From Lytechinus pictus (lineage: Eukaryota): 64,000 nt of DNA. Positions 50,620-64,000 of the stretch are shown piece by piece. The notes beneath the pieces were generated by a model, which was given only the letters and a program-made list of their open reading frames with translations, was not told where the DNA came from and did not search any database. Made by a program: the position numbers and the translations under genes. The stretch covers positions 11,348,001 to 11,412,000 of the forward strand of contig NC_087263.1 of the NCBI RefSeq assembly GCF_037042905.1. Reading direction: 5' to 3'. Each line of letters starts with the position of its first letter. The first letter of the stretch is position 1.

Positions 50620-51919
50620 CAGTCAGTCCGCAAGCCCTGAAAAAGTAGCTTCTTTTATCCAAGTGATATTCATGACTAGAGGGTTTTTGCATAGTTAATG
50701 AGCTTGGTGCCAACCAAAACACCTCTTTTTATTCGGCCATTGCTGCTCTAAATATTGACCAAATTTCATGTTTTTGGTATCTTTGTAAAGAAGAAGAATC
50801 ATTCTTTCAGGTCATGTGTTTGGATTTTTAAAAGAATGTTGTAATATAGGAAAAACTTTTGATCTAAAACATGAAACAAAATATTTTTTTTCATGCAACA
50901 AAAGTTGTTGTTTTCACACTTAATTTCTGTTTGGGCACAAATGATTTTTAAATCATGATAAAGCTGAAGATCTAAGCTTTAATATGATATAATTTTAATA
51001 AGAAGATGTATTTTAGATGGGTCAGCAGCCAGCTTTTCATAGGCCAAGTACATTTTGCAGCTCAAAAACAAGAATACTGCGCTCTGATTGGTCATAGAGC
51101 CACACACCCACGCAAATTCCAATGTTCCCCACACTGGGCCTCTGCTAGTCTAGTTCTAGACGATTTTAAACGAATCTATTTGCACCACGATATAATACGT
51201 TCTATTCCGTGCGTACGCCCAGCCGAGTGTGCGCGCAAAACCGAGTACAGGTTCTCGGTTTTGCGCGCACACTCGGCTGGGCGTACGCACGGAATAGAAC
51301 GTATTATATCGTGGTGCAAATAGATTCGTTTAAAATCGTCTAGAACTAGACTAGGCCTCTGCAAGGTCACACTCACCATGTGGTAATCTCTTCAAATTAC
51401 CCGCGCCTGTTTGTTTTGAAAACAGTATTCAGCCAATCAGAACTCTGGATTTTATGTTACTCAGAAATTTCAGAAATCTCGTCTTGCATCTTGATGGATA
51501 AAGCTGGCTGCTGACCCATCTAAAAGATGCCACATATCAAGAGTGACATTGTAAGAAAGTATAGAGTTTGAGCTTTCTGATGATATAAATAATGTTGGTG
51601 CCTAAAACACAAAATGTTGCACAATTTGCAAGTGAAAACAGAGGAAGAAAATTATGTTTGATGCATCTTTTCAGGTAAAAAATTCACTTATTTATCAAAA
51701 TATTTCATTCAAAAGAAATGACCAATATAAAAGAGTAACATTTACTCTTGCCCATGGTACAAAAATAATCAATATTACTCAAGGAGAAAGTGGTTAAATT
51801 CTTTGAGAAAGAAAGTCTCACAATTCACGAGATTTTGCAGGGACATGAATTCAGCCACGAGAGGACTTGGATAAATCTTGCTCATTTGCTCATTAACACA
51901 GGGGCTTGCGGACTGACTG
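50620..51919 (+). mobile_element. Non-autonomous DNA transposon with ~20-bp TIR and 4-bp TSD (TAAT); superfamily unassigned
   Basis: taat-CAGTCAGTCCGCAAGCCC ... GGGCTTGCGGACTGACTG-taat. Confidence 0.85.
51146..51353. mobile_element. 208-bp perfect hairpin MITE (TAG...CTA) with 9-bp TSD
   Basis: 100-bp perfect arms, 8-nt loop TACAGGTT, GGCCTCTGC at 51137-51145 and 51354-51362; absent from the paralogous host copy at ~16530. Confidence 0.92.
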
Positions 51920-53510
51920 TAATAGCGTAAAAAAAAGTAACGCGTGTCTTCTACAGTTACTGAACGCTTGTGGTGCGGACTATTTTAGTGCAGGCTTGGT
52001 GCGGACCGAAAACTCATGAATTACTGAAAACTGTAAAGTGTACAAACTCTACAACTGAACAGATTGTTCTTACAAAAATCATACATCGAAAGCAAAATCC
52101 CAGTGAAAAGGGACTAAATGGCAAGGTTAAATGATGTATTTCAAAATAACCTATTTTCTGTATAAAGAAATAAATTTCATTGAAAATATCGTGTTTCATA
52201 TAACATTTTTCTTCCAAAAATTTTGTTCAGATCTGACAACGTTCCTTGAATTCGATTGGCTGTGTATAGGTATATAGAACTTGATATTGATCATGGGGGC
52301 AGAGCGTTCTAGAAATACAGCATATGTTTTATTGCAATGATACATGTTTCAATTTCTCCATGTTTATGATGATTTGTTAATAGAGTTACATGACATTTTT
52401 CAAATAGATGGAAATCTTCTCCTTCCAAACAAACGATACTTTGAGAAAATGCGACTTAAATTAGCCAAAAAAATTTTTTATTCATATTATACCTATATTA
52501 CATTTCTGTTTCACGCAATATTATCATTTAGCAAAAGGATAGATAACTGTTTTCAATTGCAACGATGTGTAGTTAAAAATTCAATTGAGCACTGATTTAA
52601 TGCATCATGGACCTAACATGATTGCACTCCGATTTATATGTATATATTGTACAAAGCTATTCGCCTGAAGATTTATAATTAACACATAACAACTCAACTA
52701 GCGATTGTTCAGGCCTTTGTGGATAATGTGTTTGTGATTAATAAAGGGATCGAATTGAAACATAATAAGGAAAATAATCAATACATTCCTTCTCAGACTT
52801 TTTTTTCTTCTCTTTTGAAGGGGGTTTTATTAGAGCGATTCGTCTATTTATGAAGATATATTTTACTCCACTCATTGGGTCGTATTGTACCTTGATGCAT
52901 TTTTTTATATCACTTTTTATGTTAAGCAAATCATATGAAGGTATCAACTGTTATGTTTTTTTACCACAGCTTCTTGTTTATAATGATTTATGAATAAATA
53001 TTTGTTTTTACCAAGCCGACGTCTTTGCTAAAATGTCATTTTCTCTCGCCTAGCTGGGAGAATAGTATAAGGATTAAAGAGTAAAATAGTCGTTCATTCA
53101 TATAGCAATACAAGTGGACAAATGTAAGGCAAAAAAGCTCACACATACACCCCATATAAACACACCCCATCCGCCCGCCTACACACACCCACACACACCC
53201 ACACACACACACATACATAGACACAATTTTATTTTTCGTTTTCGAGTGCAAGCTCTATAACATTTTTATTTCGATTTCAAGTACATGCGCATAAAAACAA
53301 AACTTTGTTCGAAGTCTTGGCAAATACGTTCGCCTATAGACCTTATATTTATACTCATTTTTGAACGATCACGGTCACGCATTTTTCATTCATTTATTTA
53401 TTTATTCATTTATTTCTTTATGTATTTATAGTTATTTATTCATGAAATTCCGAACGATTCATCCTTCATTCACTCTCTAGATAAACTGTTCCCTCTCCTC
53501 TAAATTCGTT

Positions 53511-53764
53511 CACTGTTTAAAAAACCCTGATTTTACAGAAAAGAAGATTTTGCAGAAAGCAATAACAGAATCATTTTGTAAACATGAATTTTTCTGCAAT
53601 TTAACAGAACAGGTATGTTTAAAAAGGGGAAAAGGGTGTTTTATTAAAGGAAATTTGTAAGGTTCCATATACGCCAAATACCAATTTCCTGTAAGATTAC
53701 AGGTGTTCTCGAAATTCTGCTGTAGGAACTTCTTTTATTTTACGGAAAATTTTTTCTAACAGTG
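53511..53764. mobile_element. CACTG-ended MITE, decayed
   Basis: cactgtttaaaaaa ... ttttctaacagtg ends. Confidence 0.55.
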
Positions 53765-54496
53765 TTCTTTGCCGCTCTTTATTATCATTTTTTTTTATGT
53801 TTTGCTAACAGCGACCCCCCCCCCCCCCCCATTTCTACGTTGATACACTTATGATGCCAGTGAATTCACGTTTTATCTGAACTTTGGCTTAGCTTCGATA
53901 ATATATGTTTCTTAATGAGACTGAATTGGTCAAAGTTTGTTCTCTGTCTGGTGGCCGTTCATGCCATTGCGTAACGTGGTTTGTCTTTAAAAGGTGGACC
54001 CTGCGGTTTTGTAATAGCAAATGCACAACGCTTCAACTTAAAAGGTATTCCAGACTGAAAATAATATGTGACCAATCACCCCAAAAACCAACAATAAGTC
54101 GTTAAAAAGGTTGTCTGTAAGACAACTATTTGATTGTCAAAATTTTGATATAAGCTTATCTGAGAGATGAATTCTTCTTCATACAGTCAATATTTCAAAT
54201 TGTAAAGGTGAGATTACAGAAAAGGAGGTACAATAGTTTCTTAGACATTTTCTTTTTCAGGCTGCTTTTATAACACTCTAAATTCCAAGGATTGAAAATA
54301 AAGCCAGATCGGCTGTGAATAGTCATGATAGTGACCAGCCGAATATTAGACTTAGATTTAAACCCTGTTGACTTCAATATAAATCTGAAAGATTTTCATT
54401 TAAGTCTTTTGGAAATTAAACAGATAATCATTAAGATTTAAAATATATTAGAAACTCGGGTGGTCACTATTAATAGCCGATTTAGATTTGCTTTAA

Positions 54497-55043
54497 AGGG
54501 ATGGTCCGGACTGAAAATATCAAAATGCCGAAAATTTCATAAAAATCGGATAACAAATGATAAAGTTATTGAAGTTTAAAATTTAGCAATATTTTGTGAA
54601 AACAGTCGTCATGAAGATTCATTAGGTGGGATGATGATGTCACATCTCCACTTTCCGGTTTCTTATGTTATTACATAAAATCGTAATTTTTTCATTATTT
54701 CATACTTGTGTGAATAATATGTCTCCCTTATAATGAAATAAGTTGCAGCAATAAATATATAATGCACTAAATAAGTTGTCAATCAAATTTTTCTAGTTCT
54801 TGGATGAAAAAATTGAATAAACCTAATTTCATATAATAAAATACAAAAGAACAAGTGGAGATGTGACATCATCAGCCCACCTAATGAATATTCATGACGA
54901 CTGTTTTCACAAAATATTGCTAAACTTTAAAATTCAATAACTTTGTTATTTGTTATCCGATTTTGATGGAATTTTCGACATTTTGCTCAGTGAATTATAC
55001 TCTATTTATTAAGCTATAAATACTTTTAGCCCGCACCATCCCT
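54497..55043. mobile_element. Palindromic Kolobok-like MITE with TTAA TSD, nested in a CACTC-ended MITE (~54273-55066)
   Basis: TTAA-AGGGATGGT...ACCATCCCT-TTAA with long inverted arms; outer ends cactctaaattcc / gaaatttagagtg. Confidence 0.85.
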
Positions 55044-55725
55044 TTAAATCCTTGAAATTTAGAGTGAAAGTCTCGTCTCACTGAGAATGCAGTGTAAGCA
55101 AAAACTTATGCTTGAATGAACCCAAACTGCAAAACTTTTTTATTCCTTTCTTTGGAGATCTCAATGAATTTCTTCTACATCAATCAAGAACTTTGAGGGT
55201 TATTGCAGGTGAATTAAATTATATATTATTTTTAAGTTTAGGATGTGCTATTTAATCTCAATAAAAAATATCAAAGTTCACGTTGTTAGACTTATTGTTG
55301 GTTTTAGGGTGGCATGTCAAATATCTTACCAAATGGAGTAAACTTCAACATTACGAAAAGAATTGCTGAACATTTCATCAAGGTGGAATATTAATGAGGT
55401 TGAGCAGATGTTAATATTACGTTATTGTGCATGTTTTTTTTTAATAAGGTGGAGGGTTGAAGCCTATCCACCCCCCCCCCCCGCGGATTTTCAGCGATAT
55501 ACAAATTTTACTATAGATGAATGATTATGAGCAATATAATGTTGGGATACAACGTGTATCAACGGCCAATGTCCAAGGTATAACACTTAATCAAAGTAAA
55601 GTTCAAAGGACTTACAAAAATAGCGAGCAATTTGAGATAAATTTTGTCAGTCGATAATATTTCATTACTATATGCCATGATATGCATAGTGGTACAATAA
55701 CGGTTTAGTTGTGTTCGTGGCAAAC

Positions 55726-58700
55726 ATGGCTACTGCTAACTTGAAAGAGATGCTCGCCAAAGATATTTCAGAAATCGATATATTTAGCCACACCTATGAA
55801 TATAAAGGTGTCACTTTGTTTAAAATGCAAATGCCTGAGATCTTCGATGCTCTACAGACGTGGATAACGAGGCCTGATGACGTTTATATTGTTACATGTC
55901 CCAAATCAGGTATTTATGTGGGGTTTTCTATGTACAAAATGCATGACGAAAAATATTTCATGGATGATTTTTTTCCTCAAATGAGTTAAAAGCTCATTTT
56001 GATTGTCGTCGTAGGCTTAGGTACATGATTATAAAAGCCTACTGGTTGACCTTGACTTAGGCTATTAAAGGGCAAGTCACTCACAACAAAAAGTTGATTT
56101 GAATAAAAAGAGAAAAATCCAACGAGCATAACACTGAACATTTCCACGAAATCGGATGTAAAATAAGAAAGTTATGACATTTCAAACTCCTAATTTCACA
56201 GAGCAGTTATATGCACATCCTGGTCGGAATGCAAATGAGACTGATGACATCATTCACTCACTATTTCCTTTTTACTTTATTATATGAAATAGTATAATTT
56301 TCTTTTCATTATCAAAGCAGTGAAACTAAGATTAATTCATCCATGAACATGTGGAATTAGCACTATTTTGATACTATATGGTTCAGTCAAGCTGGCCATT
56401 ATTGTCAAATCTGTACAAAATCTGTATATTTAAAATAATACAAAAATATTGAGTGTTTTATATTAAGACCTTAAAATGGGGCAACCACTTTAAGTAGTCA
56501 TGAGAAAGAAGCATATGTCACTACATAAAACAATAATAATCTGAAGTGCGAGGAAATATATTTGGTGTATATTGACTTGAAAATGGGAGGTTTTAGTACA
56601 ACGGGATATATTTCTGCGCCAGGAACAATGAAGACATAGGCCCTAAACAAATTATGTTTCATAAAGTAATGATTTTTCAAGGTAATATATCATAACATAA
56701 TTATAATATAACATAATGAACAATAATTTCTTCTTTCGCACTACGTTTCTTTCCCTTTCTCCCTCTTTTTCTCATTTTCCCCGTTTTTTTTTGTTTTTGC
56801 CAGCCGATTGGGGGGGGGGGGGCACGTGCCCCCCATGCCCCCCCCCCCCCCCCCCCGTAGTTACGCCACTGAGCGGCTCGAAACCACATACGGTATAAAT
56901 GGATTTGCGCTTGAGTGGATAGTCTATGTGACCGTCTCCAGAGAGTAAAAATATGGGAATCTCTGTCGCAGACATTTACTCTTCGACGGGATGTCCCACA
57001 ATGGTCAGTTGTGGGCCTTATACTATTTAATAATAATAATAATAATAGGCATTTATATAGCGCCATCTATCTAGAAATATTCTATTCCGAGGCGCGTTGT
57101 TATTATTATTATTACCCCGGCTTTAGCTCGAGCTGCCTTTCAGCGCTCATGCATTCAAGGAATTAATCCTGCCGGGTACCCATTCACCTCACCTGGGTCG
57201 AGTGCGGCACAATGTGGATAAATTTCTTGCTGAAGGAAATTACGCCATGGCTGGGATTCGAACCCACGACCCTCTGTTTCAAAGTCAGAAGACTTATCCA
57301 CTGGGCCACAACGCTCCACATTTATTTACCCTCTATGCTAGACCTCTTGCAATGTGATTGCGTCCCATCGTGGCATACATCACAATTTAGGTACAGAGTT
57401 GTATCTTGTTTGGAAAGCAGATATCGACGAGAGAAGTGGCGCTATAAGTAGACTCACACACTGTTTACGTGATATCTTGGTCCGTAATTAACAACTTGAA
57501 GCTCAACCAAGCGAAGATAAAACTGCTACATATATCTTCCCGATTCAGGCAGCTGTGTTATGGTATTTCTCCCCTAGAGATCTGTCTGGAACTCTGGAAT
57601 ATGGTTGTGTTCATAAATCGGAGTGTGTCCGTGATCTCGGTGGTGACTTTTGACAACCAACTCTCTCTCTAACAACACATCCACAAGAGCAGGACGGCTT
57701 CTTAGGCTACAGCTAGATTTGACCGAATCCGAAAGTACCTCAAAACTGCATCTACTGAATTTGTTTCTTCATATCTGGATTATTGTAAATGCCTCCTAGC
57801 TAGTCTCCTCTATCCAGCATTGCTCACGTCCAACGCATCCAGAATACCCGGCAGCCGGCAGCCAGACTTGTTAGCCAAAATTGAACACGTCGCCCCAATC
57901 CTGAAATCTCTACACTGGTTCCCGGTACAGGAACGTATTGTCTTCAAAATTCTCCTTCTAATCTACAAGTATATCCACAATCAAGCCCCTTTCGTATCTA
58001 CCAAACCTCGTCTCCCTCCGATCATCATCCCAATCTGCATCCAGACGTCTCCGCTCCCACACCACCGCCCATCTTCAACTGCTGCTCGGACCTCGAACTA
58101 AAACTAACTGCGGTGACATATCTTTCTCGGTAATAGCCCACAAGCTTTGAAATCGTTAGAATTGTTAAGTCCCTAAACCCCATCTCAGTAAATTTCACTA
58201 TCCCATCAGTCACTTTCTTGTGTTTTGTATGGAATCATACCCTTTAGTGAAAGTACATTGTAAATAATATTTCGTTTTTAGTAGGGTATTTCTCGATTAT
58301 TAGGATTATTTGAATTTACTCGCATAATTATAGAGATTTCATATTGAGATTGTGTATATATTTTCAATCATCCCTATATTATGTCCAATTAACTAGTATG
58401 CTCTTGCTGAGTAATAGTGGCAAACACATTTTCTTTATGTACACTCTTTAAATACCGACAGTTGTAACATTTTGGCGTTGCGTTATGTAATCGACTCATT
58501 TATTGTCCTCTAGAACACATACTAAGACTTCATATTTTGGGGGAATCTTGCAGACTGAAAAATCGTTTTTTTAAGGTTCCCTCATATTTCACCATACTTT
58601 ATCTTTGATTTCAAATCGCTGTATTATTTAATCTAGATGAACGATGACATGTCTGATTTGTACGCCATGCTAATTCTTCTGATGTTATATCGTTTTTATA

Positions 58701-61700
58701 CGCCTGTCCTAGACGGGACGTTTTATGGTATCACGCTCGGTGTCCGTCCGTCCATCTGTCTGTTAACTTTTCCTTGTAAACGCGATAACTTTAGTTTGAC
58801 CTAACCTAGGCTCATATAATTTGGTGTGTATGATATTAGCATAAATCCCAGGAAGCCTATTGATTTTGAGGTCAAAAAGTCAAAGGTCAAGATCACAGTG
58901 ACATATTTTCATCTTACCTTTCTGCAGTCCTTGTAAACGCGATAACTTCAGTTTAACTTAACCTAGGCTCATATAATTTGGTGTGTATGATACTAGCATG
59001 AATCCCAGGAAGCCTATCGATTTTGAAGTCATAAATTAAAAGGTCAAGGTCACACTAACATGTTTTCATCTTACCCTTCTGCAGTCCTTGTAAACGCAAT
59101 AACTTCAGTTTTACTTAACTAGGCTCATGTAATCTGGTGTGTATGTTACTAGCATGTTTCCCAAGAAGCCTTTTGATTTTGGGTCAAAATGTCAAAGGTC
59201 AAGGTCACACTAACATGTTTTCATATTACCCTTCTGAAGTCCTTGTAAACGCGAAACTTTAGTTTAACGTAACCTATGCTCATATAATTTGGTGTGTATG
59301 ATACTAGGATAGATCCTAGCAATTCTATTGATTTTGAGGTCAGAAGGTCAAAAGTGAAGTCGTCACCTTCCACTTTTCTTGCTTAACCAATAACTCAATT
59401 TTCCGCGTCAGAGACGGGCGTATTATGTGCTCGCCTTAGCGACACTCTTGTTGCATTATGTTCATAAAGTTGGTGCAATATGTAAAATAAAATCAAATAT
59501 CAGATATCAAATACCAAATTGTCGTAATGACGTTGGTACTTGCCAAACACAGAGGGCAGCTTAGGAAAAATGTTTCTTCATAACATTTCATAAATCATAC
59601 ATATACATAGAGAGAGCATGCGCGTAACATATCAGTTGTATGTGAGACAAACATGGATACTGCCTACTTGGTAGGGGTGCTTCCCAAAGATTTTTTTCAG
59701 AAATCGACATATTCAACCATACCTATGAATATAAAGGTGTCACTTTGATTAAAATGCAAATGCCCGAGATTATCGAAGCTTTACAGACGTGGATAGCGCG
59801 ACCTGATGACGTTTATATTGTGACATACCCCAAATCAGGTAATTATGATTTTCCGAAATAACAGAGGAAACAATTTTTGACGATGTAAAGTGGGGCTATT
59901 AGAGGAAACCTTGTTTTTATCAATGAGCCATAATCTTTATTGGGAGGGGGGTCAAGATAAATGTATTATAGATTTTGTATGCATTTTTGTCTCACCTGCG
60001 AAGCAGAGTGAGACTATAGGCACCGCTTTTCCGACGGCGGCGGCGTCAACACCAAATCTTAACCGAAGGTTAAGTTTTTGAGAAATGACAGCACAACTTA
60101 GAAAGTATATGGACCTAGTTCATGAAACTTGGCCATAAGGCCATAATAATCAAGTATTAATGAATATCCTTCCTTAGTTTCAGGTCACATGACCAAGGTC
60201 AAAGGTCATTTAGGGTCAATTAACTTAGACCATGTTGGGGGAATCACTCATCAAAATCTTAACCTAAGGTTAAGTTTTTGAAGTGTCATCATAACTTAGA
60301 AAATATATGGACCTAGTTCATGAAACTTGGACAGTATTAAGTATTACTTAACATCCTGCTTGAGTTTCACGTCACATGACCATGGTCAAAGGTCATTTAG
60401 GGTCAATGAACTTTGGCCAAATTGGGGGTATCTGTTGAATTACCATCATAACTTTGAAAGTTTATGGATCTGATTCATGAAACTTAGACATAATAGTAAT
60501 TAAGTATCACTGAATATCCTGTGCAAGTTTCAGGTCACATGATTAAAGGTCATTAAGGGTCAATGAACTTTGGCCAACTTTGGGGTATTTGTTGAATTTC
60601 CGTCATAACTTCGAAAATTTATGGATCTGATCCATGAAACTTAGACATAAGAGTAACCAAGTATCACTGAACATCTTGTGCGAGTTTCAGGTCACATAAC
60701 CAAGGTCAAAGGTCAATGGACTTTGGCCATGTTGGGGGTATTTGTTGAATTATCATCATATTAACCCTGTAAGTATTTTGGTCTAGTTCATAAAACTTGA
60801 ACATAAGAGTCATCAAGTATCACTAAACATCTCATGCGAGTTTCAGGTCACATGACGAAAGTCAAAGGTCATTTAAGGTCATTGAACTCTGGCCATTTTA
60901 GAGGTAATTATTAGATTGCTGTCATAACTTTCAAAGTCTATAGATGTAGTGTATAAAATGTGGATATAGGGGTAATCAAGTATCGCTGACAAGTTTTAGG
61001 TCATATGATCAAGGTCAAATATCAATGAACGTAGTATTGTATCATTATATGAATGGTGTTTTTTGTGAATAATCATTTCATAGTAGTTTTCAAAGTCAGC
61101 ACTGTTGATATATTGCTATATTGAATCGCGTGATGCAGGTGAGACCGCCAGAGGCATTCCACTTGTTTATTACATGACGTGGCGAATACTAATCAGTATA
61201 TTCCAGTCGTGGGTATTAAGTTCGTGCGTAATTTTCAGACAAGTTTATGAAACGCCTGCGTACTCTAATTTGCTCGGGAATCCAATTTGAACTCCTCAAA
61301 ACCTAAACAACATTTCTCACTTCATCATATGTAACAAGGTACAATTTTATGATTGCAAGCAAGCTTTAGAAGTCCCATCCCAGTAGAATTATGTCATTAA
61401 TTATGCCACTTGCGACCTCAAATGGTGGAGAGGAGCTATGGGGCTATACCCCCTTCTAGCTAGAACCCCAGCCCCCCCCCCCCCCCTCCGTTCGTCTTGT
61501 GATGCACTATTTTCTTTTTCATCATTCACCACTTGCGACACCAATGGGGAGGCCATGGGGTTTTGGGGCTAGAACCTTTGTCCTCCACCCCCCCCCCCCC
61601 CTCCCTCCATGCTTAAAAATCCTGTGCCGCCAGTGGATTAATGAATATGCATATTTGAATCCTACACAGGTACACACTGGATAATGGAGATAGCTTTCTT

Positions 61701-63483
61701 GATCATGAACGACCTTCAACTCGATAAAATAAATCGGGAGGCAAATCTGTTTGCCCTTGATTTCGCCATAGCTAACAATAACGAGAACACAACCAAGGTC
61801 ACGCCAGGCCACGAAATCATGGCGCAGTGGAAATCTCCTCGGATCATGGTTAGTCACATCCTGGAAGAGTTTGCCCCGGAACAAATCAAGAAAGGGTCAA
61901 AGGTATGCTGGTAAAAATTATATACATGTATAACATTGTCATATTGTACAGGGCCTGTACTGACATGTTAACCAATTATGAAATAATATGTTTGTAGCGC
62001 TTTACAAGCCTAACCAGCATTAATACATATGATCTGATTTAGTAACTGAAAACGAAAGAAAAGGTGGAGGAAAGATGGAGAAAGAACAGTATTTTACTAA
62101 TGAGAGACAAAGGTCATTTAAGTTTATAATACTCTTATTATAATCAAGTTCGCAAGTACGATATTTTATAAAATTACATTCTCAAATATACCATAATTTG
62201 AAAATGTTAAAGACCACGAAAATGTGTTCATGTAGGAATAGTCCTTGGTAGTTGTCCCTGCTACGGCATATTTTGGTAAATTGCACATTTTTATAAAAAG
62301 AAATTGGGAACCAAATGGTGCAGTTAATTCGTGATATACATGCACATTTTGGACAAAATGCACATTTTGTTAACATAACTTAAAAACCAAATTTGACAAT
62401 TATTATGAAGTAAAGGTGACTGTGGTCGCTGGCATAAGGTGGTCCAATTTTGCGAACAAAGTAAAAAGGGTAAAAGGCAGTTTTTTATAATATGTTATAG
62501 GTATCACAGTTCTGTAGATAATGAAAGAGGTTTAAGTCACCAAAAATATTTTGTTTCTCAAAGTGGCTAATCAATAGCTAATTTTTACATAGACGTCATG
62601 TAAAATGTGAATTTCCAAATGCGTAATTCTCAGATTGAACCTGCTGCACATGAAATGGTGTCAGAATTTAATGATACTTTGGATCATCCTAGTATTTTGC
62701 CGTATAATCTTATAACATAAATACTTAAATCCATTTAAAACAAATAGTTATCTCCTATCATATGTACATTAATTACACTAATTTTATCGATGTTAGATTT
62801 CACTTTTTTTTGCATGCCTATATATATATTGCATATATATGTTTAACGTCGAAAATTTGGAATTCAAAATAAACTGTTGGAACAAAGTACAATGCACTAC
62901 CACTTTGCCTCATTAACACGCGGAACGTAATATCGTCTTATTGCATATATATATATATGTATAATATATATATATATATATAAGTGCGGGTGTGTGTGTG
63001 TAGGGGCTATATAATTGTGTAAGCGTTCGTTTGTATTTATTTGAAAAAGTTTGAATGAGCACAATGTTTTTTTTATTACGTATTGACGTAACCGTGTCTT
63101 GGACTAATTACGTATGAAAACAGTGATTCTGGCCTGAAAAGTATTAATTGTTTTTTTATCTCTCTCTACCTTAATTTTTCTACCTACCATTCCCCTTGCC
63201 TTCTCTTTCTCTATCCCTGTCTATATTTCTCTTTGTTTTTATTTCTCCCCTCACACTTTCCCTATCTCGCTCAGCTTTTCCTCTTAATCTCTTATCTACA
63301 TGTATCTATCTATCTACCACTCTCTTTCTCTTTACCTTACTCCCTCTTTTTCTACATAGGTCATCTACTTCGCAAGGAACCCTAAAGATGTAGCGGTCTC
63401 CTATTTCAAGTTTATCGGTGATACATTACCAGCTGAGATGGGCGGATGGAAGGGGTATCTCCCTTACTTTCTTTCTGACAAAA
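55726..63483 (+). CDS. Second cytosolic sulfotransferase (tandem paralogue), 5' part; continues beyond the window
   Basis: Exon 1a 55726-55909 (..VTCPKS), duplicate exon 1b 59653-59838 (..VTYPKS), exon 2 61670-61902 (GTHW...PRIMVSH) and exon 3 63360-63483 (RNPKDVAVS). Exon 2 and 3 lengths (233, 124 nt) equal those of the first SULT. Confidence 0.88.
56880..58150 (+). mobile_element. Decayed L2-type LINE RT/3' fragment interrupted by a SINE
   Basis: DRLQRVKI...DVPQWSVVGLILF, LKLNQAK, LDYC and HVAPILKSLHWFPVQERIVFKILLLIYK. Confidence 0.8.
57030..57319 (-). mobile_element. tRNA-derived SINE
   Basis: Minus strand GTGGCCCAGTGG A box and GGTTCGAATCC B box, shared core, (TTA)n tail. Confidence 0.85.
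58693..59452 (+). mobile_element. HINE/DINE-1-like Helentron derivative (second family)
   Basis: 5' TTTT + atacgcctgtc with its inverse gacgggcgtat near the 3' end, a (GTCC/GTCT)n microsatellite, about four ~156-bp tandem units, and a short 3' hairpin followed by cttgtt. Confidence 0.8.
59653..59838 (+). other. Duplicated SULT first coding exon, frameshifted by +2 in a T7 run when read from its own ATG
   Basis: Aligns codon by codon with 55726-55909; aaagaTTTTTTTcag versus aaagaTATTTcag. Confidence 0.85.
59984..61167 (+). mobile_element. HINE/DINE-1-like Helentron derivative (same family as 8596-9893)
   Basis: ttttgtctcacctgc ... gcaggtgagac subterminal inverted repeat, (CGG)n, ~157-bp tandem units, ends cacttgtt. 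Confidence 0.8.
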
Positions 63484-64000
63484 GTATGAGCATGATGATT
63501 ATCGAAAATTATGTATCTTCCAATTAAAACAGATCTTAAATGTATCAAAGAATAAATTAACCACCCGCATTGCAACTATGCTAGGGCCATACTTGGACGG
63601 CACAAGGGACATTTGGATAGCGTGTGTATAAAGTGAATGTAGATCTTATATATAGTGATAATTATATGAAGTAGCGTGATGAGCCCCAAAATTGAGGGGG
63701 CCAGATATGGCGTATCAGGCAAAATTATAAAAGTTTTGAGCTAGCGAATTGAGCGAGCAAACATTTTAATTAGAAAAAAAAATAGAAATATTACATTCAT
63801 TGCATATTGAAAAAAATATCCAGAGATCCTTACAAGCTAGACTGGTAGATATAAAAGTCTATTAGTAAATCACTTTTTGTTTAAATGAATTAATTTACTC
63901 CAGAAACAGCGAAGCTGTGTCATATAGACCTGGAATGTGTCAAAATAGTAAATTTTTTTTAAAACACATGAAATAAAAAAATTGTGGTGCTTTTTGTCTT

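Overview
AT-rich, intron-containing animal genomic DNA. The repeat families suggest a marine invertebrate such as a sea urchin, but this is inference. Host genes reconstructed by eye from splice sites and exon phases: (i) a minus-strand 4-exon gene for a ~241-aa protein with a signal peptide, two fibronectin type III domains and a probable GPI-anchor signal (32600->21888); (ii) a complete 6-exon cytosolic PAPS-dependent sulfotransferase (41998-50385, 312 aa); (iii) a tandem paralogous sulfotransferase (55726 to beyond the window end) with a duplicated first coding exon. The rest is dense with LINE fragments, tRNA-derived SINEs, Helentron-associated (HINE-type) elements and many nested MITEs. 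The standout is a 6,142-bp insertion (34436-40577) with Polinton/Maverick hallmarks: AGTAGT...ACTACT termini and a 6-bp TSD, TGCTTT. It has no recognisable polymerase, integrase or capsid gene. It is a near-complete fold-back palindrome that appears built from one end of a parent element, with four TIR copies, shared template-switch junctions, a C2H2-zinc-finger/acidic ORF and a central pair of inverted 10-bp minisatellite arrays. This resembles an integrated copy-back (defective-interfering-like) genome. A Penelope-type minimal hammerhead ribozyme motif sits between (TA)n tracts at ~3.4 kb. All coordinates were counted manually and no database searches were run.
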